Positions 28,199 through 36,795 of a stretch of 38,273 nt of DNA are shown piece after piece (position 1 is the first letter of the stretch; every line of letters begins with the position of its first letter). Position numbers and translations under genes: made by a program. This DNA comes from Candidatus Saccharimonadota bacterium (GTDB lineage: Bacteria > Patescibacteriota > Saccharimonadia > CAILAD01 > BJGX01), in contig JBAXNA010000003.1 of NCBI GenBank assembly GCA_037133995.1, forward strand, positions 1 to 38,273, given 5' to 3'. The notes under the pieces were generated by a model, which had not been told where the DNA came from, ran no database searches, and saw only the letters and a list, made by a program, of their open reading frames with translations.

Positions 28199-28227
28199 TT
28201 TACAAGCTAACCAAGAACGTCTATAAT
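28199..28227 (+). promoter_or_regulatory. sigma70 promoter for infA..rpsI block
   Basis: TTTACA, 17-nt spacer, TATAAT with an upstream A tract. Confidence 0.75.
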
Positions 28228-28249
28228 ACTAACCTGATACGCATTTCTC

Positions 28250-28471
28250 ATGACAACAACAAAGGAAGTAATTGAAGTCGAAGGCACTATTAAGGAAGCA
28301 TTACCAAATGCCAACTTTAAAGTGCAGTTAGAAAATGGTCACGAAATACTGGCCCATATTTCTGGCAAAATGCGAATGCATTATATTAAGATACTACCCG
28401 GTGATAGGGTTACGGTCGAGATGACACCGTACGATTTGAACAAGGGTAGAATAACCTATAGGCACAAGTAA
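28250..28471 (+). CDS. infA: Translation initiation factor IF-1
   Basis: [26 protein letters not shown]. Confidence 0.99.
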   Translation: MTTTKEVIEVEGTIKEALPNANFKVQLENGHEILAHISGKMRMHYIKILPGDRVTVEMTPYDLNKGRITYRHK

Positions 28472-28477
28472 CAAATT

Positions 28478-28591
28478 ATGAAAGTACGAGCTGGAGTTAA
28501 AAAAATGTGCGTTAAGTGCAAGATCATTCGTCGCCGCGGTAGAGTAGCGGTTATTTGTGAAAATCCTAAACACAAGCAGAGGCAAGGATAA
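28478..28591 (+). CDS. rpmJ: 50S ribosomal protein L36 (zinc-ribbon type; below ORF-track cutoff)
   Basis: Translated by hand: [37 protein letters not shown]. Confidence 0.98.
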   Translation: MKVRAGVKKMCVKCKIIRRRGRVAVICENPKHKQRQG

Positions 28592-28593
28592 AT

Positions 28594-28980
28594 ATGGCAC
28601 GTATAGCTGGCACAAACATTCCTAATGAAAAGCGCGTAGAAGTAGCCCTAACCTACGTCTATGGTATTGGTATAGTTACGAGCAAGAAGACTCTAGAAGC
28701 TGTCAAAATCAATCCAGACACTAGAGTTAAAGACCTCTCAGAAGACGACCTACTGAAGATTCGTGAGTATGTAGACAAAAATCTTAAAGTTGAAGCTGAT
28801 CTTGCCCGTGAAGTAAGCGGAAACATCAAGCGACTAAAAGACATCAAGGCATATCGCGGTTTACGTCATAGTGCAGCTCTACCATCTCGTGGTCAGCGCA
28901 CCAAGACAAACGCACGAACCAAGCGAGGCAAAAGAGTCACTGTAGGCTCTGGCCGTAAGAAATCAGCAGCGAAAACTTAA
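28594..28980 (+). CDS. rpsM: 30S ribosomal protein S13
   Basis: [22 protein letters not shown]. Confidence 0.99.
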   Translation: MARIAGTNIPNEKRVEVALTYVYGIGIVTSKKTLEAVKINPDTRVKDLSEDDLLKIREYVDKNLKVEADLAREVSGNIKRLKDIKAYRGLRHSAALPSRGQRTKTNARTKRGKRVTVGSGRKKSAAKT

Positions 28981-29007
28981 ACAATAATAACTAGGTAGAT
29001 TAAAATC

Positions 29008-29397
29008 ATGGCAACAGCATCAAAAACCAGACGAAAAAAAACAAAGCGTAGCTTACCTAAGGGTACAGTGCACGTTCAGGCTACTTTCAACAATACTATA
29101 GTCAGTATCACTGACGATGGTGGTAACGTTGTGACATGGAAGTCTTCTGGATCAGCTGGCTTTAAGGGTAGCCGTAAAAGCACCCCTTATGCAGCTCAAA
29201 TAGCAGCTGAAAAAGCCATAGAGCAGGCTAAAGACCTGGGTCTTACAAAAGTAGACGTTATTATCAAAGGTATTGGATCAGGACGTGAGTCAGCTGTAAG
29301 AGCCTTGATGGCTTCTGGCGTTTCAATAAGTAGCATAAAAGATATAACAGGCATTCCACATAATGGCTGTAGACCAAGAAAGGCACGGAGAATTTAG
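29008..29397 (+). CDS. rpsK: 30S ribosomal protein S11
   Basis: [27 protein letters not shown]. Confidence 0.99.
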   Translation: MATASKTRRKKTKRSLPKGTVHVQATFNNTIVSITDDGGNVVTWKSSGSAGFKGSRKSTPYAAQIAAEKAIEQAKDLGLTKVDVIIKGIGSGRESAVRALMASGVSISSIKDITGIPHNGCRPRKARRI

Positions 29398-29399
29398 TT

Positions 29400-30014
29400 A
29401 TGGCTCGTAATCTCACCCCAATAGTTAAGCTATCACGTCGTGAAGGCGTAGAGCTCCACCCAAAAGCTGCAAAGGTTATGGCAAAGAAAGCTTACGGACC
29501 AGGCCAGCACGGCCAAGGTCGTCGTAGCAAGCCAAGTGATTATTCACTGCAGTTGCGTGAAAAACAAAAAGTTAAACGCATGTATGGTATTCTAGAGCGT
29601 CAGTTCAAAAACTACGTAAGAGAAGCAGAGCGCCAAAGCGGCGTTAGCGGCCAGACCCTTCTAAGACTTCTAGAGACTCGTCTAGACAATACTGTTTATA
29701 GACTTGGTCTAGCACCTTCTCGTCAGTCAGCTCGTCAGCTTGTTACTCACGCTCACATCTCGCTAAATGGCAAAAAAGTAGATATCCCATCTATCCAGGT
29801 CAAGCAGGGCGACGTGATAACTATAAAGGCTAGTAGCCAAAAGAATGAGTACTTTAAAGCAGTTAGCGAAACCATTAAGGCCAACACCATTTCGGCGAGC
29901 TGGTTAAGCTTCGACCCCAGCAAAATGACCGCCCAAGTCACCGGGCAACCAACTCGAGAAGAGTTAACAGAAGAAATCGACGAACAATTGATTATTGAAT
30001 ATTATTCACGCTAA
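29400..30014 (+). CDS. rpsD: 30S ribosomal protein S4
   Basis: PGQHG, QLREKQK, LETRLDNTVYR, IIEYYSR. Confidence 0.99.
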   Translation: MARNLTPIVKLSRREGVELHPKAAKVMAKKAYGPGQHGQGRRSKPSDYSLQLREKQKVKRMYGILERQFKNYVREAERQSGVSGQTLLRLLETRLDNTVYRLGLAPSRQSARQLVTHAHISLNGKKVDIPSIQVKQGDVITIKASSQKNEYFKAVSETIKANTISASWLSFDPSKMTAQVTGQPTREELTEEIDEQLIIEYYSR

Positions 30015-30036
30015 TAAATAACAAAGGAGTTACAAA

Positions 30037-30993
30037 GTGTTATACGACATCAACTTACCAGAATTAAAAGAAATACATAGTGAAGGAAACAGCTCGACTT
30101 TTGAAGTAGAGCCGCTTTACCCTGGCTACGGAATGACTCTTGGAAACGCCATGAGACGAGTTTTACTATCTAGCTTAGCTGGTAGTGCCATCACTGGTGT
30201 TAAAATAGAAGGCGTAAGCCATGAGTTTTCAGCAGTACCTGGTGTTCGTGAAGATGTTATTGAAATAATTCTAAATCTAAAGCAAGTTCGATTTGCTAAC
30301 AACCACCAAGAAGCAGTAACAGTTACACTTAAGAAAACTGGCAAAGGTGACGTTTTGGCAGGAGACATCAAGACTGTTTCTGGCGTAGAAGTGGCCAATC
30401 CAGAGCTTGTTATCGCAAGTCTAGACAATTCTAAGAGCAAGATCGAGATGGAACTTCATATCGAGCAAGGTCGCGGCTATGTTGCGGTTGAGAGTGGCGC
30501 TAGTGAGAGACTACCGGTTGGCATGATAGCAATCGACGCAATCTATACTCCAGTAAAAAGAGTTCGGTATAGCGTAGAAAACACTCGCGTTGGTCAAATG
30601 ACAGACCTAGACAAGCTTATCTTAGAAGTTGAGACAGACGGAACAGTTTCTGCCAGTGATGCAGTAAGTCAGTCTGCAGAGATTCTAGTTGGTCACTTCC
30701 AGGTTTTAGCTGGCCACGATGTAGTTAGCGTAGGTTCTGGTGGTATTGTGACTGCAGCAGAGAAACAAGAAGCTGATATGGCCCAGATTTCAATCGACGA
30801 AGTAAACTTCAGCCCAAGAACAACAAACGCCCTAATGAACAATGACATCAAGACTATTAAGGAAATAATGGAACTAAAGCCAACAGAACTAAAAGAGCTT
30901 AAGGGATTTGGTCAAAAAGCCTACGAAGAAGTTCTAGAGAAACTAGATGAACTAGGTGTTAACAGTGCAGGCTCTGAAGGAGAAGAGGAGTAA
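30037..30993 (+). CDS. rpoA: DNA-directed RNA polymerase subunit alpha
   Basis: GTG start with AAGGAG; GYGMTLGNAMRRVLLSS, HEFS, RVGQMTD; alpha-CTD present. Confidence 0.99.
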   Translation: MLYDINLPELKEIHSEGNSSTFEVEPLYPGYGMTLGNAMRRVLLSSLAGSAITGVKIEGVSHEFSAVPGVREDVIEIILNLKQVRFANNHQEAVTVTLKKTGKGDVLAGDIKTVSGVEVANPELVIASLDNSKSKIEMELHIEQGRGYVAVESGASERLPVGMIAIDAIYTPVKRVRYSVENTRVGQMTDLDKLILEVETDGTVSASDAVSQSAEILVGHFQVLAGHDVVSVGSGGIVTAAEKQEADMAQISIDEVNFSPRTTNALMNNDIKTIKEIMELKPTELKELKGFGQKAYEEVLEKLDELGVNSAGSEGEEE

Positions 30994-30998
30994 GCTTT

Positions 30999-31514
30999 AT
31001 GCATCGTCACGCTTACGCTGGTCGTAAACTCTCACGTGCTGCTGGTCCTCGCCGGGCGCTTTTGCGTGGGCTTTTAGATAGCATAATTCTTTATGAAAGA
31101 ATTGAAACCACTGAATCAAAAGCAAAAGAACTTGCACCATATTTTGAGCGCCAAGTTACTCGAGCAAAACTGCAGACACTTTCTGGTTATCGAGCTATTA
31201 TGGCTGAAACTATCAACCCTGTAGCTGCCCAGAAGCTTAACTATGATCTTGTAAATGGCTTCAAGTCTCGCAATGGCGGCTACACTAGAATAATCAAAAC
31301 CGGAACTAGACTTGGTGATGGTGCACCAATGGCTGTTATTGAGTTAATTTTAGACGATGATTACCAGGCATTAGAAAGAAAAGGCGACACTAAAAAACCT
31401 ACTAAAGTTGCCCCCAAGAAAGCCAAGACCACTAAAAAAGCCGCCAAATCAGCTTCAACTGAAAAAGTAACCACTAAGATTACTGGTGTTAAAAACAAGA
31501 AGGAGAAAAAATAG
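30999..31514 (+). CDS. rplQ: 50S ribosomal protein L17 (C-terminally extended)
   Basis: GRKLSR, IETTESKAKE, RNGGYTRIIK, GDGAPMA. Confidence 0.98.
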   Translation: MHRHAYAGRKLSRAAGPRRALLRGLLDSIILYERIETTESKAKELAPYFERQVTRAKLQTLSGYRAIMAETINPVAAQKLNYDLVNGFKSRNGGYTRIIKTGTRLGDGAPMAVIELILDDDYQALERKGDTKKPTKVAPKKAKTTKKAAKSASTEKVTTKITGVKNKKEKK

Positions 31515-31952
31515 ATGAAGACCTTTAGTTTAAAACCCGCAGACGTTGTGACCAACTGGCATATTATAGATGCCCAAGGCCAGACACTGGGCCGTATGGC
31601 TACTCAAATAGCTCGTCTATTAACTGGTAAAGACAAGCCAAGCTATAGCCCTCACGTTGTTGGTGGCGATGTAGTAGTGGTTATCAATTCTGCCAAGGTG
31701 GTTGTTACCGGCCAAAAGCTAACCGATAAGATTTATTATCATCACACTGGATATCCAGGTGGAATTAGAGAAATAAGCCTAAAAGACCAGCTCGTAAAAG
31801 ACCCAAATGAGGTTATTATTCATGCTGTAACAGGAATGTTGCCCAAGAATAAGCTGCAAGCTTTAATGCTAAAAAATCTTAAAGTTTACGCCACTGCAGA
31901 GCACCCTCATGCTCCACAAAACCCGCAATTAATTACTAAGGAGGCAAAATAA
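31515..31952 (+). CDS. rplM: 50S ribosomal protein L13
   Basis: LGRMAT, GKDKP, HTGYPGG, GMLPKN. Confidence 0.99.
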   Translation: MKTFSLKPADVVTNWHIIDAQGQTLGRMATQIARLLTGKDKPSYSPHVVGGDVVVVINSAKVVVTGQKLTDKIYYHHTGYPGGIREISLKDQLVKDPNEVIIHAVTGMLPKNKLQALMLKNLKVYATAEHPHAPQNPQLITKEAK

Positions 31953-32377
31953 TGGCTGAAACAGTAGCTCCAAAAAAAGTTTCTAAGAAAGATCATTACT
32001 ATCCTGGTGTTGGTCGTCGCAAGCGATCAGTTGCTACAATTCGTTTAACCAACGGTAAGGGCGTTATAAAAGTAAATGACAAAACACCCCTAGAGTATTT
32101 TGGGAGTGATGTATTTGAGCAGACTCTACGTGCACCGCTTGTACTTCTTGCTAAAGACAAGACAGTTGATATCAACGCCCGTGTTGAAGGCGGTGGACTA
32201 ACAGGCCAGGCCGATGCAATTAGACTAGGAATCGCAAGAGCACTACTCGGCATGAATGAAGAATACCGGGTCAGCTTAAGAAAAGAAGGTTTTTTGACTC
32301 GTGATGCTCGAGTAAAAGAACGTAAGAAGCCAGGTCTTAAGAAGGCCCGCAAGGCTCCACAGTTCTCAAAACGTTAG
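31952..32377 (+). CDS. rpsI: 30S ribosomal protein S9
   Basis: GRRK, GGGLTGQA, LTRDARVKERKK, QFSKR. Confidence 0.99.
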   Translation: MAETVAPKKVSKKDHYYPGVGRRKRSVATIRLTNGKGVIKVNDKTPLEYFGSDVFEQTLRAPLVLLAKDKTVDINARVEGGGLTGQADAIRLGIARALLGMNEEYRVSLRKEGFLTRDARVKERKKPGLKKARKAPQFSKR

Positions 32378-32426
32378 TCTTGTGTCTCAGCTGGCAATGT
32401 ATTGTTTAGAAAATACATTGTCTAGA

Positions 32427-32460
32427 AGCAAAAAGGCCCACTAAGATGGGTCTTTTTGCT
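32427..32460 (+). terminator. Intrinsic terminator after rpsI
   Basis: AGCAAAAAGGCCCA-ctaaga-TGGGTCTTTTTGCT, preceded by a second hairpin CAATGTATT/AATACATTG. Confidence 0.85.
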
Positions 32461-32472
32461 ATAATAGTACTT

Positions 32473-33459
32473 ATGTCACCAAGCCGTAAAACCTTTCTTA
32501 AACTTGCAGCAGGTAGTTTGGCAATTGTTGTGGCCGCAACGGTGGTATTTAGCATATCTGAGTCTATAAGCCTGCCAGAGGGCTTGTACCGAACGATATA
32601 CATTACTCTGTCTCATCATGACAACTTCCATATGGAAAATTGGATTGCTAGAATAACTATAATCGTTCTAATTGTCGCAAGCTTACTGGTTATTGCCTAT
32701 TTGCTCAAAACGCTCGCAGACTATATGATTAACTTAGGAGATGGATTAAAAAGAAATAAGATGAAAGCAAAACTAGTAAACATCAACGATCACTATATTG
32801 TCTGCGGGCTCGGCCGAGTGGGCAGTCACATAGCCAAAGAATTAGCCACAGAAGGGGTTAAGTTTGTAGGTATAGATAGAAACGAAGAGTTAGTAAAGGC
32901 CGCAATAGCCAAAGGCTATACCGCCATAGTGGGAGACAGTACCAAAGAAGAGGTATTGATGCGGGCAAAGCTCGACAAAGCCAGGGGCTTAGTTGCGGCC
33001 TTAAGCCATGACTCGAGTAATTTATTCGTGACCCTTACAGCTAGACAGATTAACCCAGCGCTATATATTGTCGCCCGTGCAAATCATGAGGAAAATATTA
33101 GTAGAATAGAAAAAGCCGGTGCAGACAAAGTTGCCATGCCAAATCAAATTGGCGGATTCCACATGGCAACAATGCTAATTCGCCCTAACGTAGTAGATTT
33201 TATAGACGTTCTAAGCAATAAGGCCAGCGCTGATTTACAGGTGGAGGAAATGGTTGTAGTAAAAGGATCAAAGCTAGTTGGTAGCAAACTAGGACATTTT
33301 TTGCAGGCATCTGCGTCTGGCAGTACAGTCTTGGCTTTAAATAGCCTAGACGGCACCAGTAAGGTCAATCCTAGCGGTCAAGAAATAATCTACGCCGGCG
33401 ATAAGATGATTATGATGGGTACTCGAGAGCAGCTTGACTCGCTTGGTCGGCATATTTAA
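32473..33459 (+). CDS. 2TM ion channel with RCK_N/RCK_C (TrkA-type) gating domains; non-canonical filter
   Basis: TM1-pore helix-TM2, then HYIVCGLGRVG Rossmann RCK_N and RCK_C. Start moved to ATG 32473 because 32446 lies inside the terminator and TGcTATAAT (32457-32465) precedes 32473. Confidence 0.88.
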   Translation: MSPSRKTFLKLAAGSLAIVVAATVVFSISESISLPEGLYRTIYITLSHHDNFHMENWIARITIIVLIVASLLVIAYLLKTLADYMINLGDGLKRNKMKAKLVNINDHYIVCGLGRVGSHIAKELATEGVKFVGIDRNEELVKAAIAKGYTAIVGDSTKEEVLMRAKLDKARGLVAALSHDSSNLFVTLTARQINPALYIVARANHEENISRIEKAGADKVAMPNQIGGFHMATMLIRPNVVDFIDVLSNKASADLQVEEMVVVKGSKLVGSKLGHFLQASASGSTVLALNSLDGTSKVNPSGQEIIYAGDKMIMMGTREQLDSLGRHI

Positions 33460-33476
33460 ATCAAAAAAATATTATT

Positions 33477-34364
33477 ATGAAATCATTTAGTTTTACTGCA
33501 GATGAACTGCAGACGGGGAGGCGCTTAGATGCTGTACTGACTGAAAAGTATGGTGATTTTAGTCGCTCACAATGGTCAAAGCAGCTCAAACTAGGGCTTG
33601 TAAAAATAGATGGCAAGTTGGCAAAATCATCTGATAAAATAAAATTTGAAGCTAAAATAGATGGTAAATTCCCGGTACTTGAAACCAACTCACTCATAGC
33701 CCCAGCTTCACAGCCTGAAATAATTTTTGAGGATAGTAACGTTATTGTTATCAACAAGCCAGCCGGTCTTGTTGCTCACCCTACGGCCAAGCTATCTCAG
33801 CCGTCAGTAGCCGGGGCTTTTTTAGATAAAATAGTAGACTCAGATCTATTGAGGCCAGGTATTGTCCACCGACTCGACAAAGATACCAGCGGCGTTATGA
33901 TACTGGCTCGCAACGAAGCTACAAAAGACTTTCTTCAGGCTCAGTTCAAAGATAGAAAAGTTAAAAAAATATATACTGCCTTGGTTTTGGGTCATCTAGA
34001 TAGAGAAACAGCGCGCATTGAGCTACCACTAGAGCGCAGCAAGAAGAACCCAGAAAAAATGATGGTTAGTAGTAGTGGTAAGATGGCTGTTAGCGAATAT
34101 AGGCTCGTCGCTGAGTACCCAGGCTATAGCCTGATTGAAGTTGAGCTGCTTACAGGCAGAACCCATCAGATAAGAGCTCATTTTGCACACATAGGCAATC
34201 CTATAGCGGGCGACAGGCTATATGGTAAGCAGATACTGCCGGCAGGCCTGGATAGGCAGTTTTTGCACGCCAGCTTACTTTCCCTAGAAGTAGCTAAAGA
34301 TGAAAAAATGACCTTTAAAGCACCACTAGCCAAAGACCTAAAGGTATTCTTAGGGGGTCTCTAG
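33477..34364 (+). CDS. RluA-family pseudouridine synthase (RluD-like, N-terminal S4 domain)
   Basis: RLD S4 start, INKPAGL, RPGIVHRLDKDTSG, TGRTHQIR, GDRLYG, FLHA. Confidence 0.95.
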   Translation: MKSFSFTADELQTGRRLDAVLTEKYGDFSRSQWSKQLKLGLVKIDGKLAKSSDKIKFEAKIDGKFPVLETNSLIAPASQPEIIFEDSNVIVINKPAGLVAHPTAKLSQPSVAGAFLDKIVDSDLLRPGIVHRLDKDTSGVMILARNEATKDFLQAQFKDRKVKKIYTALVLGHLDRETARIELPLERSKKNPEKMMVSSSGKMAVSEYRLVAEYPGYSLIEVELLTGRTHQIRAHFAHIGNPIAGDRLYGKQILPAGLDRQFLHASLLSLEVAKDEKMTFKAPLAKDLKVFLGGL

Positions 34365-35227
34365 TGGATTTTCCATATTCTAGTCAAGTGCAAGAAAAGC
34401 TTGAGAAAATTAAAGATAGCCCTGGCCAGGTCTATCTGCTCTACGGCTCAAAGGGCCTTGGTAAATTACGATCAGCAACCTCTATTGCCTGTGAGCTACT
34501 TGGCCTAGCTTATACCGATATATCAGAGCTTGCTCACCCAAATCTCATCTGCATTCACCCAAAAGAAGGAAAGAAGCTTATTTCAATAAGCCAAGTCAGA
34601 GATATTTCAGAACGCATCTGGAAAACTAGTGTTAGCGACAAAATGCAAAAAATAGTTATAGTTGATGGAATAGATAAAATATCTTTAGATGGGGCAAATG
34701 CGCTGCTAAAAAATCTAGAAGACAGCCCACCACAAACTAGCTTTTTTCTTATAGCAGACTCAGCTAGTGCGGTACTACCTACAATTCGTTCTAGGAGTCA
34801 GCTAGTTTATTTTTCTTTACCCAAAAAAGAATCTGTTACGCAGTTTTTGCAGTCTAATCACGGCCTAGATACAGAGATGGCTAGTGATTTAGTCGATTTA
34901 GCTCATGGGCTGCCAGAACTTGCTACTAGCTTTTTAGACAGCGAGAAACATAGCCGCGCAATGTCTCTACAAAAAAGCGCACAAGATCTATTGTTTGGTA
35001 CGATAACCCAAGGTTATTTAGTGGCGAAGGAGATTAACGAACAGAAACAGGGAAGTGAGTTCTTGACAGAGCTGCTCTATGCAACAAAACAACAATCAAC
35101 TATACTAGTTCTTGAAGAAAATATTAATAAACTAGAGGTTATAATGCAAGCTCAGTCGCAAATTACTGCTAACGTTAGTACCAGAACTGTGATTGAGAGC
35201 TTAGCGTTACAGATGGCGGTAAACTAA
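34364..35227 (+). CDS. holB: DNA polymerase III delta' subunit
   Basis: GTG start overlapping the TAG; degenerate P-loop GSKGLGK, HPN, ISISQVR, ANALLKNLEDSP, LPTIRSR. Confidence 0.88.
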   Translation: MDFPYSSQVQEKLEKIKDSPGQVYLLYGSKGLGKLRSATSIACELLGLAYTDISELAHPNLICIHPKEGKKLISISQVRDISERIWKTSVSDKMQKIVIVDGIDKISLDGANALLKNLEDSPPQTSFFLIADSASAVLPTIRSRSQLVYFSLPKKESVTQFLQSNHGLDTEMASDLVDLAHGLPELATSFLDSEKHSRAMSLQKSAQDLLFGTITQGYLVAKEINEQKQGSEFLTELLYATKQQSTILVLEENINKLEVIMQAQSQITANVSTRTVIESLALQMAVN

Positions 35228-35228
35228 T

Positions 35229-35918
35229 ATGTTGATAGAAGTTATATTTATTTTGGTAATATTTATGGTAGCTGTCTTGGCTACTGTATCTAAGCGCAAC
35301 GGCTTGATTGACGGCTTGATTTCAAATCTATCATCAGCCCCGCCAAGCCAAGACGTGGCGCTAGACACACTACTCGACACAGCTGGCCGGTATTATGCTG
35401 AAAAAAACTACCTAGCCGCCGAAAAAGCTTACTTGAAAGTTTTGAAGGTAGATCATAAAAACAGCCTGGCCTACAGTCGCTTGGGCTTTGTTTACTCCCA
35501 CCTTGGTAAAAATGAAGACGCAATTGAGTGTTTTAAGATAGTAGCAGATACTTACCCTAATGCAGCCAGCTACCACAACTTATCCATGATGTATTTCAAG
35601 ACAAGAGACTTTAAGCATTCGGCAGAGTCACTAGAGAAGTCTCTGGCTATGGAAATGCACGTAAATAGACTCGTGAGTTTAGCTAGAATATACAGAATTA
35701 TGGACAAATTTGACTTGCAACTCGCGGCCCTTAAGAAAGCTCATGCATTAGACCCCAATAACACCGAAATAATGCAGTTATTGGCAGAAGCTTTCATACA
35801 TGAGAAAGACGAAAAGTCGGCCAGAATCATGTTTAGAAGGGTATTAAAAGTCGACCCAACCAATCATCGCGCCAAATTAGCACTACAGCCCGCTACGCAA
35901 TTGAAAAAGGTCAGATAA
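35229..35918 (+). CDS. Membrane-anchored tetratricopeptide-repeat protein
   Basis: N-terminal hydrophobic helix, then about 5 TPR-like units (AYSRLG..Y...G...A...F; ALDPNN; VLKVDP). Confidence 0.85.
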   Translation: MLIEVIFILVIFMVAVLATVSKRNGLIDGLISNLSSAPPSQDVALDTLLDTAGRYYAEKNYLAAEKAYLKVLKVDHKNSLAYSRLGFVYSHLGKNEDAIECFKIVADTYPNAASYHNLSMMYFKTRDFKHSAESLEKSLAMEMHVNRLVSLARIYRIMDKFDLQLAALKKAHALDPNNTEIMQLLAEAFIHEKDEKSARIMFRRVLKVDPTNHRAKLALQPATQLKKVR

Positions 35919-35929
35919 AATGGTAAGCT
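35901..35929 (+). promoter_or_regulatory. Promoter for tRNA-Tyr/tRNA-Thr
   Basis: TTGAAA, 17-nt spacer, TAAGCT with extended TG. Confidence 0.55.
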
Positions 35930-35953
35930 GTAAGCTGTCTTTTCAAAATTTAT

Positions 35954-36039
35954 GCCGGGTTAGCGAAGTGGTTAAACGCATCAGACTGTAAATCTGACGG
36001 CTTATGCCTTCGGGGGTTCGAATCCCTCACCCGGCACCA
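35954..36039 (+). tRNA. tRNA-Tyr(GTA)
   Basis: GCCGGGT/ACCCGGC acceptor, TCAGA-ctGTAaa-TCTGA, long variable arm, GTTCGAATC, encoded CCA. Confidence 0.97.
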
Positions 36040-36040
36040 G

Positions 36041-36116
36041 GCCGATGTAGCTCAATTGGCAGAGCAGCTGTTTTGTAAACAGCAGGTTATGGGTTCGAGT
36101 CCCTTCATCGGCTCCA
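36041..36116 (+). tRNA. tRNA-Thr(TGT)
   Basis: GCCGATG/CATCGGC acceptor, GCTGT-ttTGTaa-ACAGC, GTTCGAGTC, encoded CCA. Confidence 0.96.
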
Positions 36117-36244
36117 GTATTATTTCAAAATCTGATTTGCAAGAAGCCACTTCGCTTATTAGCTTAATTATAAAAGACATAACAAAAGTAGCGGTGCTGG
36201 CAATAGCAAGCCAATACTGCACCGTAGCTAGCGCTATTTACTTT

Positions 36245-36319
36245 GCCGCCCTAGCTCAGTGGTAGAGCGCTTCCATGGTAAGGAAGAGGTCGCGAGTTCA
36301 ATCCTCGCGGGCGGCTCCA
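36245..36319 (+). tRNA. tRNA-Thr(GGT)
   Basis: GCCGCCC/GGGCGGC acceptor, CTTCC-atGGTaa-GGAAG, GCGAG-ttcaatc-CTCGC, encoded CCA. Confidence 0.96.
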
Positions 36320-36379
36320 TCTAGATCAAGAACTTAACCTATATTTTTTAAAAATTTATGTTAGAAAGAAATTATTTAT

Positions 36380-36574
36380 ATGTGGCAAAAAATCGATTCA
36401 TTGGCCCAAATAACACCCCAGAGTGATCCACCTAGACTTTTGTCAGACTATTTTACTGCAGACTCTACGCAGCATAGATCTATTTGCCTTGGCTTATCTG
36501 TGAGTGGCGTTGGCTTAAAGCTAACTTTTTTGGGTTTGATATTTAGTCTAGTTGCTAAGGCTAGTTTTTTATAA
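36380..36574 (+). CDS. Possible small hypothetical protein with hydrophobic C-terminus
   Basis: 64-aa ORF whose stop overlaps the next ATG (TAATG). No SD or recognisable motif. Confidence 0.3.
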   Translation: MWQKIDSLAQITPQSDPPRLLSDYFTADSTQHRSICLGLSVSGVGLKLTFLGLIFSLVAKASFL

Positions 36575-36795
36575 TGGCCAAGGCCACTAAAAAATCTAAG
36601 TCAACAGCAAAGCTAAAGCTGTCTAATGATAAAAAATTAACTGGCCTGAGCGCTGGGCTGGCTAAGTACTACAAAACAGACCCAGTACTAGTTAGACTTG
36701 GGGTGGTGGCACTTATTATATTGACCGGTGTTATACCAGGGCTAATTATATACACAGCACTATACAGTCTTGTAAAAAATTCTTCTAATAGCTAA
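36574..36795 (+). CDS. PspC domain-containing small membrane protein
   Basis: DKKLTGLSAGLAKYYKTDPVLVRL..IIY matches the PspC pattern D+xIxGVCxGLAxYxxxDPxxVR. Confidence 0.8.
   Translation: MAKATKKSKSTAKLKLSNDKKLTGLSAGLAKYYKTDPVLVRLGVVALIILTGVIPGLIIYTALYSLVKNSSNS

Noticed and set aside
5824-32472. ORF-track starts at 5824 (rpoC), 12926 (membrane orphan) and 32446 (channel)
   Set aside because: They overlap the upstream gene, promoter or terminator. Downstream ATGs at 5845/5863, 13007 and 32473 have better signals.
32736-32763. Internal start (ATG 32761) producing a soluble RCK subunit as in MthK/Kch
   Set aside because: The Met position fits, but the nearest AGGAG is 20 nt upstream, too far to support it from sequence alone.
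36056-36265. 69-aa ORF MAEQLFCKQQVMGSSPFIGS...
   Set aside because: It is a translation of tRNA-Thr sequence and overlaps two tRNA genes.
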